Assembly: GCF_001194135.2 (NCBI RefSeq)
Contig: NC_068986.1
Coordinates: forward strand, 78,360,995 to 78,424,994
From: Octopus bimaculoides
Lineage: Eukaryota
Direction: 5' to 3'
Length of the DNA: 64,000 nucleotides
How positions within the stretch are numbered: the stretch's first letter is position 1; each line of letters opens with the position of its first letter. Both the position numbers and the translations under genes were made by a program. This document shows positions 51,385 to 64,000 of this stretch, in pieces. The notes below the pieces were generated by a model. The model did no database searches and was not told the origin of the DNA. It saw only the letters and a list, made by a program, of their open reading frames with translations.

Positions 51385-52152
51385 GCCCTTTCCTTGAGAT
51401 CAAAACAATTATTAAAGCAAGAATTTTTAAATGTGTCCTTGGTCAATCAAGAGCTGATCAGGAGCTAAACAGTAACAATCACCACCAACGCCACCACTAT
51501 CACTGTTGCTGCAGCACTTGCCACTACCATCAACGTTGCTGCAGCCATTGCCACTACCACTACCACCACCATATGAACATTGCCAAGATTAAAGTATACC
51601 CCAGTAAAATTTGAACTTCAGATACAGAATAATGAATCTAACTTTTGAGTTCAGAGATTATGGTTTTTTTTTTTTTGTTTTTTTTTGCTTCCTCTGCTAC
51701 CTTACCTGCCTTCAGTACTTTTGTAATGAAAATGACAATGCTTGAAATAAAGAAACTAAATGTTTAAACATTTCCAATAGACGATTTAATTCTACAGCTC
51801 TGTTATCAAAGATCTTAGTTTGTATATCTATTATGTCTTGAGGATACTGAACAAATCTAAGCTACAGGCTAAGTTTTCAATGGTGAATGAGTTTGATGAT
51901 ATTATGTGCTTGTTTACTGCACTGAGTAAAATGTAATTTGTAATGCTAGATAGACAATATGATGAGAATGGAAGCTAAGATTTAGACAAAAACTAATGTT
52001 CTGAGCAGTTGATTGCTATAAACTTAATTAGAAGTGTGCCAAATAAGATTTGAAATTAGATAGCTAGAACTGGCTTTAGGAGTAATGGGAAAGTAATGCA
52101 GCAAATAGTGGAAAATGAAAAATATACTTGATGATAGGCAAAACATGTGCAT

Positions 52153-52259
<107 letters not shown>

Positions 52260-52479
52260 TATGTTCTTGCACGAGCTAACACATGCACATATGATGGGAA
52301 GACTTCACAAACGAAGACGAACTGCATATAATTGAAAAGAAAGAGAAATGGTAAAAAGGGTAAAAGAATAAATGAAGACTAATGAAAATTAATAAAATGC
52401 TAAATCAGAAAACAAATGACATGTTAGCCATGTGAAATTAAGCATTCTTCATGGATATAATGTTGCTGTTATTGTTGTT

Positions 52480-53045
52480 GTTTAACCTAATGTCACTTTT
52501 GATGAGGCTGGTCTATATTAAGAAGATTCTAGTTACATTTATCCAAATTTTTGTTTATCCATAATGACATTATCCAGTGCAAGACTAGGGTGAAATTTGA
52601 GGGAGATTTAACTGCTATTTTTAACAGGTTAAGTCAGTGCCGTCTTATCTTATAATACTTCATAATCTCACGGAAGTATCTTATAATACTTCATAATCTC
52701 ACAGTGCAAGATTAGGGTGAGGTTTTTGCAGGAGATTTAACTGTAATTTTTAACAGGTCAAGTAATGCCATCTTATCTTATAACGTTTTATAATCTCACT
52801 GAAGTCAATGCTGCCTCTCATCTTTCTAGTGTTGAAAAAGAAAAGTTCCATTTTAGGATGGTCAATTGGATGACATTATCAAGTGCAACATTAGGGTGAA
52901 ATTTGAGGGAGATTTAACTGCTACTTTTAACAGGTTGAGTCAATGTCATCGTATCTTATAATACTTCATAATCTCACTGAAGTCAATGCTGCCCCTTATC
53001 TAACCAGATTTGAAGAAAAAAAGTTCCATTTCAGGATGCTGGATT
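52480..53045 (+). repeat. Family E dispersed repeat, locally triplicated (~140-170-bp units)
   Basis: agtgcaa..tagggtga..gagatttaactg..tttaacagg..tatcttataa..ataatctcac units at about 52564, 52703 and 52871; single family-E fragments at about 26850, 30640, 31960, 34730, 55110 and 55650. Confidence 0.8.
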
Positions 53046-53564
53046 GGAATTGTAAAAACATAAGATTAAATACCTTTTGGTATTTCTCGCAGTTCTTTGT
53101 GTTGTTAATTCAAATCTGTCTATGGTCTATTTGTATAGTAGTCTTAACCCATTATCCACACAGTCTGACACATTGGGTGTCTATAGACCTTCACTCAGTC
53201 TCAAGTATTTAGCCTAGGTCTCTGATTAGAGAATGCTTCCCTCCACCTCACTGATCAGTCTTGGAGGCCCTGTAAAGAGTCATGCCAANNNNNNNNNNNN
53301 NNNNNNNNNNNNNNNNNNNNNNNNNNNNNNNNNNNNNNNNNNNNNNNNNNNNNNNNNNNNNNNNNNNNNNNNNNNNNNNNNNNNNNNNNNNNNNNNNNNN
53401 NNNNNNNNNNNNNNNNNNNNNNNNNNNNNNNNNNNNNNNNNNNNNNNNNNNNNNNNNNNNNNNNNNNNNNNNNNNNNNNNNNNNNNNNNNNNNNNNNNNN
53501 NNNNNNNNNNNNNNNNNNNNNNNNNNNNNNNNNNNNNNNNNNNNNNNNNNNNNNNNNNNNNNNN

Positions 53565-53608
<44 letters not shown>

Positions 53609-54704
53609 CACAAATACAACACACGCACACTCTCTCTCTCTCTCTCACATGCACACACATGAACGCACATTCACACTCACACATAAATGCGATTCCACAT
53701 AATTCTTGTTTGAAATAAAATAAAGTAATAATTTGTAAATTTTTAGCCAGCAAATAGAATATTTATTCTCAGAAGCTCACATATCATATCTGATCTGTAG
53801 TATAGTGTTTTTATGTACAAAGAAATTCATATATGCTAATATTAAGAAGCCAGCTAAAAATTAAATTTTATCGCAAAAGATTATGAATAGTACATTAGCC
53901 TAAATTGTCTTAAAAGCCTATAAATACTATATATAACAAGAAACATCTTAGAATGGCTACAAGTGTAGATAATCAGTTATTATCCACAATATTAGTTTTT
54001 AATATTTCATATGAGATAAAATACATTGATATACATAGAAATATTTTAATCTAATGAAAATAAAACTTTATTATATTTTTATGTTTTTCTAATACAAGTG
54101 AGTGAAAAAACTTTGTAGTCGAATTCTTATGTATTATTCACTCCACCTAAGCTTAACCTTTCACCACAAGGTCCAGTCCAGTCCTTGTTGTAATGTGGTG
54201 GGTTGTGTGCCTTAATGTAATGTGGTGGGTTGTATGCCTTAATGACCTCAAGAGCTATGTTAGTGGAGCACAAGCTCTTGACAGGGGTCCTCATGCTGGA
54301 CCAGTCAAAGGATTGAGACCAGACTAATACTGATCATTTCTTGCCAGAAGTAAAAATGGGTTTGCATATGGTCAACATCCCTACATTGAAAAAATGCAGA
54401 GCTGTAGAAGCATCAATGACAAGACCTGGAAGATGACAGCCTAGAATTGAGAAAAGTTGAGATAACTTGTCAATGGATTATGTTCCATAGGGAGTAAAAG
54501 GCTTAAGTAAGTAACTAATCTTACTCTTGATCATGGCAACAAAAACTGTATACTTTTAAGATTAGCTTGTTAGATAAGCACAGAGAAACAATTATGGTTG
54601 GTTGTTTTGCTATTTTTTAATCTCCAAGTCAGTCCTGATTAAATAAGCCTGAGCTAAAAGGCTCTCATCTTGAAAACCTCATTGTCTTTAGTACATCTAG
54701 GACT

Positions 54705-55075
54705 CATCATCATCATCATTATCGTTTAATGTCCGCTTTCCATATTGGTATGGGCTGGATGGTTTTGACTGAGGACTGGAAAACCAGAAGGCTGTACCAG
54801 GCTCCAATCTGATCTGGCAAAGTTTCTACAGCTGGATGCCCTTCCTAACGCCAACCACTCCAAGAGTGTAGTGGGCACTTTTTATGTGCCACTGGCACAA
54901 GGGGCAGTACTGGTATCGACCACACTTCAATAGTGCTTTTTACATGCCACCAGCACAGGACTAGTCAGGCAGCACTGGCATCGACCACACTCGAATGATG
55001 CTTTTTACGTGCCACTAGCATGGGTGCCAGTTAGGTGGTACTGGCATCGGCCATGACGATAACTTCACTTGACTC
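54705..55075 (-). mobile_element. Family C retroposon
   Basis: (CAT)n..gtttaatgtccgctttcc..ctacagctggatgcccttcctaacgccaaccac, plus internal repeats. Confidence 0.9.
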
Positions 55076-55149
55076 ACATTGTCATATGTGTCTGACATCC
55101 CTTTTTTTAAGATGATAGGGTACAGTTTGAGGGAAATATTGTGAATATT

Positions 55150-55560
55150 TCTGGTAAATCAAGCAACATAATATTAATTGAGAGAAAAGTAATAATTTTT
55201 GGTGAAAATAGGAGCTAGCTTAGTGGTTCCCTATTTGAAAGTGGAAGCAGGGATATTGTCAGGGTGTTTTCTTTCAGAAGTTTTGCATTTAGTGTTAAAG
55301 AGGATTGGCTCTGGAGGTATTTTTGTGAGTGGAATTAAAAACAAATGGAAAATAAATGCTGGAGATTTGTCTGTAGAGTTCTTTATTATAGAATTGAAAA
55401 AAGCAAGTAAAAGGATTGTTTTCATGAGAAAAGCCTATTAGGAAAGATTAAATGTTCCAGCTATAATTTAGGTGGCAAAAAGGAATATATAATACCCTTA
55501 AATATCATTTTGCATTATGGCTGATAATTTTATACTAATTAAAATGAGAATATCTTCTAG
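55150..55560 (-). mobile_element. Decayed LINE fragment (start of RT domain)
   Basis: HPDNIPASTFK*GTTKLAPIFTK resembles GPDNIPARxLK.xA..LAPIL of CR1/L2-group RT. Confidence 0.55.
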
Positions 55561-57234
55561 GTGTTTTTTCTTTTTTAGCTGCAGTTGAACTGATGGATAC
55601 TACTAATCAATTGGTGACTGTTGTGTTATGGATTTAGAATTGTTGTTGTTCCTTAGCCCCACGTCAGCTTTGATAATGCAGGCCTATGATCAAAGATATT
55701 TCTGCCATACCCACCCCATCTATATATCTCTCTGTAAGTCTATTGCTGGATAATTCGAACAATGTGCTCTTGCAGTAAAACTGCTCTGTGTAATTTAAGA
55801 AAGATTTGACTGCTCTTTCTGGAGCACTACATAAAGGATCATCTGTTGGTTTGTAGATATCATCATTAACTTCTCAGATGTGGAGTGATATACCTAGAAC
55901 TTGAATCACTTTTTTTTAACTATCTTGAATTGGTCTGTGGATAAAGTGTTAATCTTGATTTATTATATCCATCTTTTATCACTGCACTGATTTCTTGGCC
56001 AATCCAATCAGCAGACATCATTTTGTAAATCCCATTAACTTCCCTTAATCTAAGTATAAGCATCATAACATTGTGCTGATTTGATTTATAAGTGGATTAT
56101 CAGTCATATTCAATGCTTTATCCAGATTCCATCAAGGTTAATTCAATATCATATACATTCGAAAAGGTATATAATGGCAAAACATTATATTACAAATGGT
56201 TTTCATCAATAATGGAAACACCAGCAAATGACCTAGATTTTTCTCCATCTCCAATCCTGTGTTTGCTAGACTATACATGCACCAGTTTCTGATTTTGAAG
56301 AAACCATACATAACTGTCTGCTCCGTAGATAACTTTACCTGATTCTCATTGAGTGTTAATTAACCTAGTCACATATATTTCCACATAATTCTTCATCCAC
56401 AAATATCCATGTTAAGTATATTGAGTGTAAATTCTGCTTATAGATTTATGAGAATTAAGATAACCATACATCTGCTTAGTAATGAGAGTTTCTAGTAGAG
56501 AGATGGTATATATGCATTCAGTATAGGTGCACAGTTCAGTTATTTGGTAAACTAAGCTTCAGGTGCATGTTAACTCTCTTTAATTGCTAATGAGTAAACC
56601 TTTTAATCTTAAGTATAGCAAGCTTGTTTCAATGTTGTTAGCACTTATGACAATGCCAAAATCAAAACCTGATTTGTTCTGTCTTCTTTTAACATTGCTT
56701 TATTTATTTATTTATTTATTTATTTATATTTTTTTAAAAATTTTATTCAAGCATGGTGACTGCCAAACTGCTTGAATTCTACACTGAAGGTAAACTGTAA
56801 GAAACCACGAGCCACTAGCCTGTGGTTCAATTCTCATCCTTCCCAGTATTCCTACACATGTGACATTTTCTAAAAACTGCATCTTGAACTCTGAGTACTC
56901 GCTAACTTATTTTAGTCATGGTTCTTAAACAACGCATAACAGTGCACTTGTGCATTGTTTAAAATTTCTATTCATGCCACAGAATTTTTATAAATATTAT
57001 TAAAGGTTTTACAAAATTCATTCTAATGTTTCAATTCCTTGAAAAAAACAAGTTATTCATTATTTTGTTATACACAAATATGATTAATAAAGTAAGGTAT
57101 GCAATAGCTGTTTTTCTGAATTTTTGCCAATTAAACATTGTTTATTCTAACTATCCATGTGAAGTACACTGGTATTTATTTTCCTTTTCATCTTCAGTGC
57201 ACCACAAATTCAAAAATATTAAGAACTACTGCAT

Positions 57235-57668
57235 TACAAGTGCAGGTATGGCTAAGTGACCACATGGCACCTTGGGTAAGTGTTTTTTGCTGTAGCCTCG
57301 AGCTGACCAAAGCCTTATGAATGAGTTTGGTAGACAGAAACTGAAAGAAGCCCTTCATATATATATATATATATATATATAAAAGACTTTCTCATTTCCT
57401 GAGCATTATATGTATATATATATACATATATATATATGTATGTTTGTGTGTATATGTATGTGTGTCTGTTTAGTCCCCCCAACATCGCTTGACAACTGAT
57501 GCTGGAGTGTTTATGTCCCCATGACTTAGCGGTTCTGCAAAAGAGACCAATAGAATAAGTACTAGGCTTACAAAGAATAAGTCCACGGGTCAATTTGCTT
57601 GACTAAAGGTGGTGCTCCAGCATGGCAACAGTCAAATGACTGAAACAAGTAAAAGAGTAAAAGAGTAA
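57235..57668 (+). mobile_element. SINE family B, full length
   Basis: Head to gtaaaagagtaaaagag tail with central TA microsatellite. Confidence 0.9.
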
Positions 57669-58469
57669 ACTCGTCTTTGTCTTGTTTTTTTGTAAATACT
57701 CACTATCTATCTATCTATCTATCTATCTATATCTATCTATATATATAGATATAGATATATATACACACATATATACATATACATACATATATATATACAT
57801 ATACATACATATATATGTGTGTGGGTGGGTGTGGGGGACTTTGTACCTGTGTTTGTCTCCCCCCCCAGCTACCACCACTTGAGAACTGGTGTTAGTGTGC
57901 TTACATCCCCATCACTTTGTGCTTCAGCAAAAAGGATTGATATGGCGAGTGAAAGCTGTTCTATCCATGACCATCCAGACTTTTTGTATGTATTTCTAGC
58001 AGGAACAAGCCTGAAACCACAAGGTTGTAAAAGATGAAACTCTGTAACCACATATTCATGTCATTACACACACACACCCACACACCCACACACACATTCT
58101 GCTTCTTTGCTTCTGTCTCTGTTTGCCCTGCCCCTCTCACTCTCTCAAGGCTTGAATTTTTACGAAGAAACTTCAATCACTGACTCAAATATGTACCGAT
58201 TCATTTCTTTGTCTCTTCTCTTACTTCTTTAATGGCTTTTAACACCTTTGGACTAGCTTCATACCATCACAGTCCCGGTACTACATGTTCCATCTACCCC
58301 TCTTCATATCTCAATCTTCCTGTGTCACATCTCCAAGACTTTGCACTAAGCACTTCCTTCAGTTTTTTTCCCTTCCCCCACTAGAAGAAAAATTTTCTAG
58401 ATGTCCTTTCCAACCCTGTGTTTTTTGCATTTTCTGGATGAATATCAAGCAATGATATCAAGTAATGAT

Positions 58470-58720
58470 ATTATCATCGTCATCATTTGTTGTTGCCGTT
58501 GTCATCATTTAATGTTCCTTATCTATGCTGGCATGGGTTGGATTGTTTGACAGGAACTGGCAAATCAGAAGACTGTACCAGTTCCTACTGTCTGATCTGG
58601 CATGGTTTCTATGACTGGATGCCCTTCCTTACACCAACCACCTTACAAAGTGCACTGGCTGCTTTTTACGTGGCACCAGCTACAACGAGGTCACCAAGTA
58701 ACTTGCAGGACATGACACTT
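58470..58720 (-). mobile_element. Diverged family C copy
   Basis: catcatttaatgttcc..atgctggcatgggttgg..ctggatgcccttcc. Confidence 0.75.
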
Positions 58721-60616
58721 CAGTTGAGGTTGCCCCAAATGGGGAAAGAATGGAGAGAGAGAGAGAGAGAGGTGGGGGAGAAAGAGAGAGAGAGAGAGAG
58801 ACAGTAAGAGAGAAGGTGGTGATGATGAGATGGTGAGGGGGTTGAGTGGCAGGCTGTGTAAAATGTTTTTGCAGTATTCAAAGATATGTTATGCTTAAGA
58901 AAGGGAGCAACCACTTTGGGTACTGAAACCTACACTACACCACTGCAAACAAGTTAATCTCACTAGTCTGCTATGACCTACAAATGTCATGTGCTCTGTT
59001 TGTTCTCCGTACAAAACTTACACAGAAAAAATTTCAATAATCCATTAACGTGATCATCCATTTATTAAATCACGATATACAAAAGAGACAGGCTATTTCT
59101 ATAATTAATTTGGACTTCTTTGACCAATGTTACTGCATGGAAACAATCATTGTTAAGTAATAAACCTTCTCTTTGCTTAGTAAACCAATCTTAGGAACTT
59201 TAGAAGTCAATATCAGGTTTAAGCTTAAAGTTACTGTAAAACATTGATAATTGTTATTTAATCTCAGAGAACCAACTTAAAAGCTATTGAGAACTTACCT
59301 TTATATCTATGTTTTCAATTCTAAATATTGTTGGAACATTAACTAAGATGATAAGAATTTTAATTCCTATTTCTTTCCTTTAATAAAACAGAAAAAAAGT
59401 CAATGTAATTTAGCAACATGTTGTCTCCATTAGTAAAATACCTATAGCTTGTTTTATTTCCCAAACTATATTCCTAACTAAATATCTGTATATCAAGTTT
59501 AAGTGGGGAGAAGCCACACACACTCACAGTAATCTGGATTTGATTCTCAGTCAGAACCATTCTCCTTTCATCACTAATGCATTTGCTATGGTAAAAGCAC
59601 AAACATCACAACTTTCTATATTCTTTGTCTGTTTAAATTTGAGGCTTCACAGCAGTGTGAGTAATATTTGCTTTTTTATGCTTCATTCTCTGCATCATTT
59701 AGAATCAAACCAGAGTTTCAATAAAAATTCTATAAGAATTTAACGTGAATGATTCTGAAACCAGATGCTTCTCCTCCATCACAATGACAACATTTACAAT
59801 GAAATGAGTCTTACTTTGATTCAAATGCCTTTAATACAACAAGATTTAATGGGTGCTGGCATGGCCATGTGGTTAAAAAGTTTCCTGTAAACTATGGAGT
59901 TTTATGTTTGATTCCACTATAAACCAACTTTGGTAAGTATTATCTATGAAAACTTCAGTCAGTCAATGCTTTTTGAGTAACATTAGCAGGCAGAAAATAT
60001 GTGAAAATACATCAAAATGTATTTGGCAAATTTAAATCATCGTCCTCTCTGACACTATCATATGACGTTTGCATGACTTTTCAGGTGTCTACTTAGATGC
60101 AAGTAGTTGAACCAGGCTTCTGGTTTGAGGATTGCCATGCTTGACTGCCAAATCCACAAGTTTTATAATTCTCTCTCTGTTTATTTTCTCTTATTCCTTT
60201 CTGTTGAAAAAACTTTCTCACTTTCCTCAGCATCAAACTAATACACCTACTTACTGTTCATACACCTGTTTTCATCTCTTATTTTTCTGTAAATTTCAAC
60301 TATGTATATATATANNNNNNNNNNNNNNNNNNNNNNNNNNNNNNNNNNNNNNNNNNNNNNNNNNNNNNNNNNNNNNNNNNNNNNNNNNNNNNNNNNNNNN
60401 NNNNNNNNNNNNNNNNNNNNNNNNNNNNNNNNNNNNNNNNNNNNNNNNNNNNNNNNNNNNNNNNNNNNNNNNNNNNNNNNNNNNNNNNNNNNNNNNNNNN
60501 NNNNNNNNNNNNNNNNNNNNNNNNNNNNNNNNNNNNNNNNNNNNNNNNNNNNNNNNNNNNNNNNNNNNNNNNNNNNNNNNNNNNNNNNNNNNNNNNNNNN
60601 NNNNNNNNNNNNNNNN

Positions 60617-61030
60617 TTTTATTCTTTTATTTGTTTCAGTCATTTGACTGCGGCCATGCTGGAGCACCACCTTTAGTTGAACAAATCAACCCCAGGACTT
60701 ATTCTTTGTAAGCCTAGTACTTATTCTATTAATCTCTTTTGCCGAACCACTAAGTTATGGGGACATAATCATACCAACATCATTTGTCAAGTGATGGTGG
60801 GGGACAAACACAGCCACACAAGCATACACACATACACACACACACAGACGCACACAGACATACACACACACACACACACACACGACGGGCTTCTTCCAGT
60901 TTCCGTCTACCAAATCCACTCACAAGGTTTTGGTTGGCCCAAAGCTATGATAGAAGACACTTGCCCAAGATGTCACACAGTGGGACTAACGTAGTTAGTA
61001 GGAAAGCTACTTACCACATAGCCATTCTAT
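60617..61030 (-). mobile_element. SINE family B, full length
   Basis: Reverse complement of the consensus. Confidence 0.9.
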
Positions 61031-61104
61031 ACATATATATGTATGGATCAAAACAGTTTGATTCAAATTCATTGGTAAACTTGAGTTTCAAGTGTGATAT
61101 ATAT

Positions 61105-61328
61105 ATATATATTCTTTTATTCTTTTACATGTTTCAATCATTGGACTGCAGCCATGCTGGAGCACTGCCTTGAAGGGTTTTAGTCAAAAAAAATCGACCC
61201 CCAGATCTTCTTTTTAAGCCTAGTACTTATTCTATTGGTGTCTTTTGCTGAACTACTAAGTTATAAGGACATAAACACACCAACACCAGTTGTCAAGTAG
61301 AAATGGGGGGACAAACACAGACACAAAG

Positions 61329-61373
<45 letters not shown>

Positions 61374-61665
61374 CACACACACATACACACACACACACAT
61401 ATATGAAGGGCTTCTTTCAGATTCCATTTGCCAAATTCACTCACAAGGCTTTAGTTGGCCTGAGGCTATAGTAGAANNNNNNNNNNCACACACACACATA
61501 TATGAAGGGCTTCTTTCAGATTCCATTTGCCAAATTCACTCACAAGGCTTTAGTTGGCCTGAGGCTATAGTAGAAGACATTTGCTAAAACTATCATGTAG
61601 TGGGATTGAACCTAGAACCATGTGGTTGCAAAGCAAGCTTCTTACCACACAGCCATGCCTGCACC
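61105..61665 (-). mobile_element. SINE family B with gap-flanking duplicated segment
   Basis: Consensus motifs; 61388-61476 is repeated identically at 61487-61575. Confidence 0.85.
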
Positions 61666-61692
61666 TCACCACACAGCTATGCTGTCTGTGTG

Positions 61693-61731
<39 letters not shown>

Positions 61732-61751
61732 GAGAGAGAGANNNNNNNNNN

Positions 61752-61788
<37 letters not shown>

Positions 61789-62396
61789 TGAGAGAGAGAG
61801 TGAGAGAGAGAGGAGAGAGGAGAGAGTGAGTGAGAGAACGAGAGAGCAGTAGAACCAGTGCTTATCTATTGTAAGCAATAAACAAACTTTAGGTTAATTA
61901 AAATATATTTATGGAACATTTTAATTTCTAAACGCAAGTTCACTGATATTATCATAGAGAAAAGATTCTCTCTTATCGTTAAAGGTGCATCTAGGAATCC
62001 ACTATGAGGAGGTACTGGGCAAATTTATAGATACAGTGTTTTTACACCTTATACCATAAGAGAGAATTTTTTCTCCGCAACAACAAGTGTGGCTTTCCCT
62101 ATCAAAGTTTATACATATATATATATATATATATATTCACACACAAACATATAAATACACACATATATATCTTCTAATTGTAGCTTCTGACTGCAATTGA
62201 GCAATCTTCATATCCAAGATATATTAATATTTGTTTGTTGATTGAAAGATCTAATACTTAATAGTATAGTTATAAACGTTTGAGTAAATGTGATTCACTG
62301 TAAGAATCTGTCAAAGTAGAATAATGAATGAAATGTCAGTGTTTCTGCTGTTATTGAACATTTTAAAACATTTTTGTGCAATCAGTTAATTTTTTA

Positions 62397-62445
62397 AAAC
62401 TTACTGATGAATGTTGTATGTGACATGAAACTTCAGTATCAAAGG
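62397..62445 (+). ncRNA. Minimal hammerhead-ribozyme-like motif
   Basis: CUGAUGA (62404-62410), AUGU-ugUAUGug-ACAU stem II, GAAAC-UUCA-GUA (62427-62438); stem I poorly paired. Confidence 0.5.
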
Positions 62446-62594
62446 AGTTGCTTATCCAATACATATTTGTGTGAACATGTGTGTGTGCATGGTGTATATA
62501 TATATACATATACGTGTACACACACACATGCACACACACATACACATACGTAAATGCATACAAACATACATACATTTATAGATACATGCACACA

Positions 62595-62643
<49 letters not shown>

Positions 62644-63467
62644 CCATAGCACTATCTTTAATTTTACAGAGCTTTTTGTCAAGAGTCACCTGTACCATAA
62701 TAGCACACCTTTCTTTTGCCAACTCTGAGAAACACTACACCCATTTCAAAGCATGTTTGGAAATTGAAAGACAAGGAAGAAATCATCAGTATTGTATAAG
62801 TTGTATATGACAAATTACAGGCATTTAAGTATGGACCACGCTGTTGAGAACTCAGTCTTATAGAGAAATTCCACATCAGTTTCTACCTACTGTCTTATCC
62901 CAATCTTACCTGAAAAAAAACCCCAGAAAAATAGTCCACAAGCAAATTTCAGTATCCTGAAATCTTGGGAAATTAAAAAAAAAAAAAAAAAAAAAAAACA
63001 CCTCTAGCCTCTGATCTTTGAGTTACTAAGTGCTTTACTCTGCTAGCAGTACTTACTTTAATGAGAGTCACTCCATTTCTTTTGTATCTAACACACTAAC
63101 TGAAGGGATGACCAAATGAAACCATGATCTATGAATGCATACTTGTTTATCTAAGACATAGATAAACATAATTCACACTCAACAGACTACCAACTCAAAC
63201 TTGCATTGATCACTTTTATGGTTTTGCACAACAAAATAAACAAAAACACACCTGTACCTGTGTATATGAATATATATATCTATGTACGGGTGAGTGTGTA
63301 TACACTTTCAATGGAAATGAAAAAGAGACTTATCTGCATATACATTCATTATCATGTATGTATCATATATTATGTATATATACATATTGTATTGTGTATA
63401 TATATATGCATAAATATGCATACATATATGTATCATATATAAAATACATATATAATGTATACATACA

Positions 63468-63556
<89 letters not shown>

Positions 63557-63879
63557 TTAATTCACATGAAAGAATACACTACTTATGTAATAAATAAGAA
63601 TGGCAGTTTCTGAATGTGGGTTTCTTGTGTTATCCTCTTCTGTTCAATATGGCATATCCTTTACCCTCCTTACCCAAATTGCTACAATATCTTGAATTTT
63701 GTGAATGCTTATATATTGAATATCGAACCATTTATCAGTTTACTAATAAGGTTTGTAAGTATTTATGTGTATGTCTTGTGTTTGGTTTTATGCCAATTTA
63801 TAGCTGTCTATGTATTTGTCTTACTGTGAGAGTGAGTGTGCATTTGTGTGAGTGTATATTAACTAAATTCCTGACTCAC

Positions 63880-64000
63880 TATACATATACATACATACAT
63901 ACATACATACATACATACATACATACATACATACATACATACGTACGTACATACATACATATGTACATACATACATACTTACATATAAATATATATATAT
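63880..64000. repeat. (TACA)n microsatellite
   Basis: Read directly. Confidence 0.95.

Noticed and set aside
61388-61575. 89-bp exact tandem duplication
   Set aside because: Identical sequence on both sides of a 10-N gap; a typical contig-overlap artefact.

Overview
Very AT-rich, repeat-saturated eukaryotic DNA from a draft assembly with more than 20 N-gaps, most at microsatellites. The SINE families, microsatellite density and TTAGGG motif point to a coleoid cephalopod, most likely Octopus (inference from recalled repeat sequences, not a database hit). No intact host gene is recognisable. Nearly all ORFs in the supplied track are microsatellite or repeat artefacts, and a few are frameshifted LINE relics (RTE, CR1/L2-like, Dong/R4-like). 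Only isolated candidate micro-exons remain, so the window is probably intronic or intergenic. The content is five recurrent SINE-like families, decayed LINEs, a non-autonomous Helitron (2 copies) and several MITE/foldback elements. The most notable structures are: (1) a 555-bp foldback element with 37-bp GG-starting TIRs, a perfect 8-bp TSD and a central (CCCTAA)n/(TTAGGG)n palindrome; (2) up to four type-I hammerhead-ribozyme-like motifs, three with long inserts in stem II; (3) a 52-bp indel-free hairpin next to an inverted SINE pair, a candidate ADAR substrate; (4) a direct-repeat/palindromic-spacer micro-array; (5) a candidate recursive splice site. Repeat boundaries are read by eye and approximate unless a TSD or TIR is quoted.
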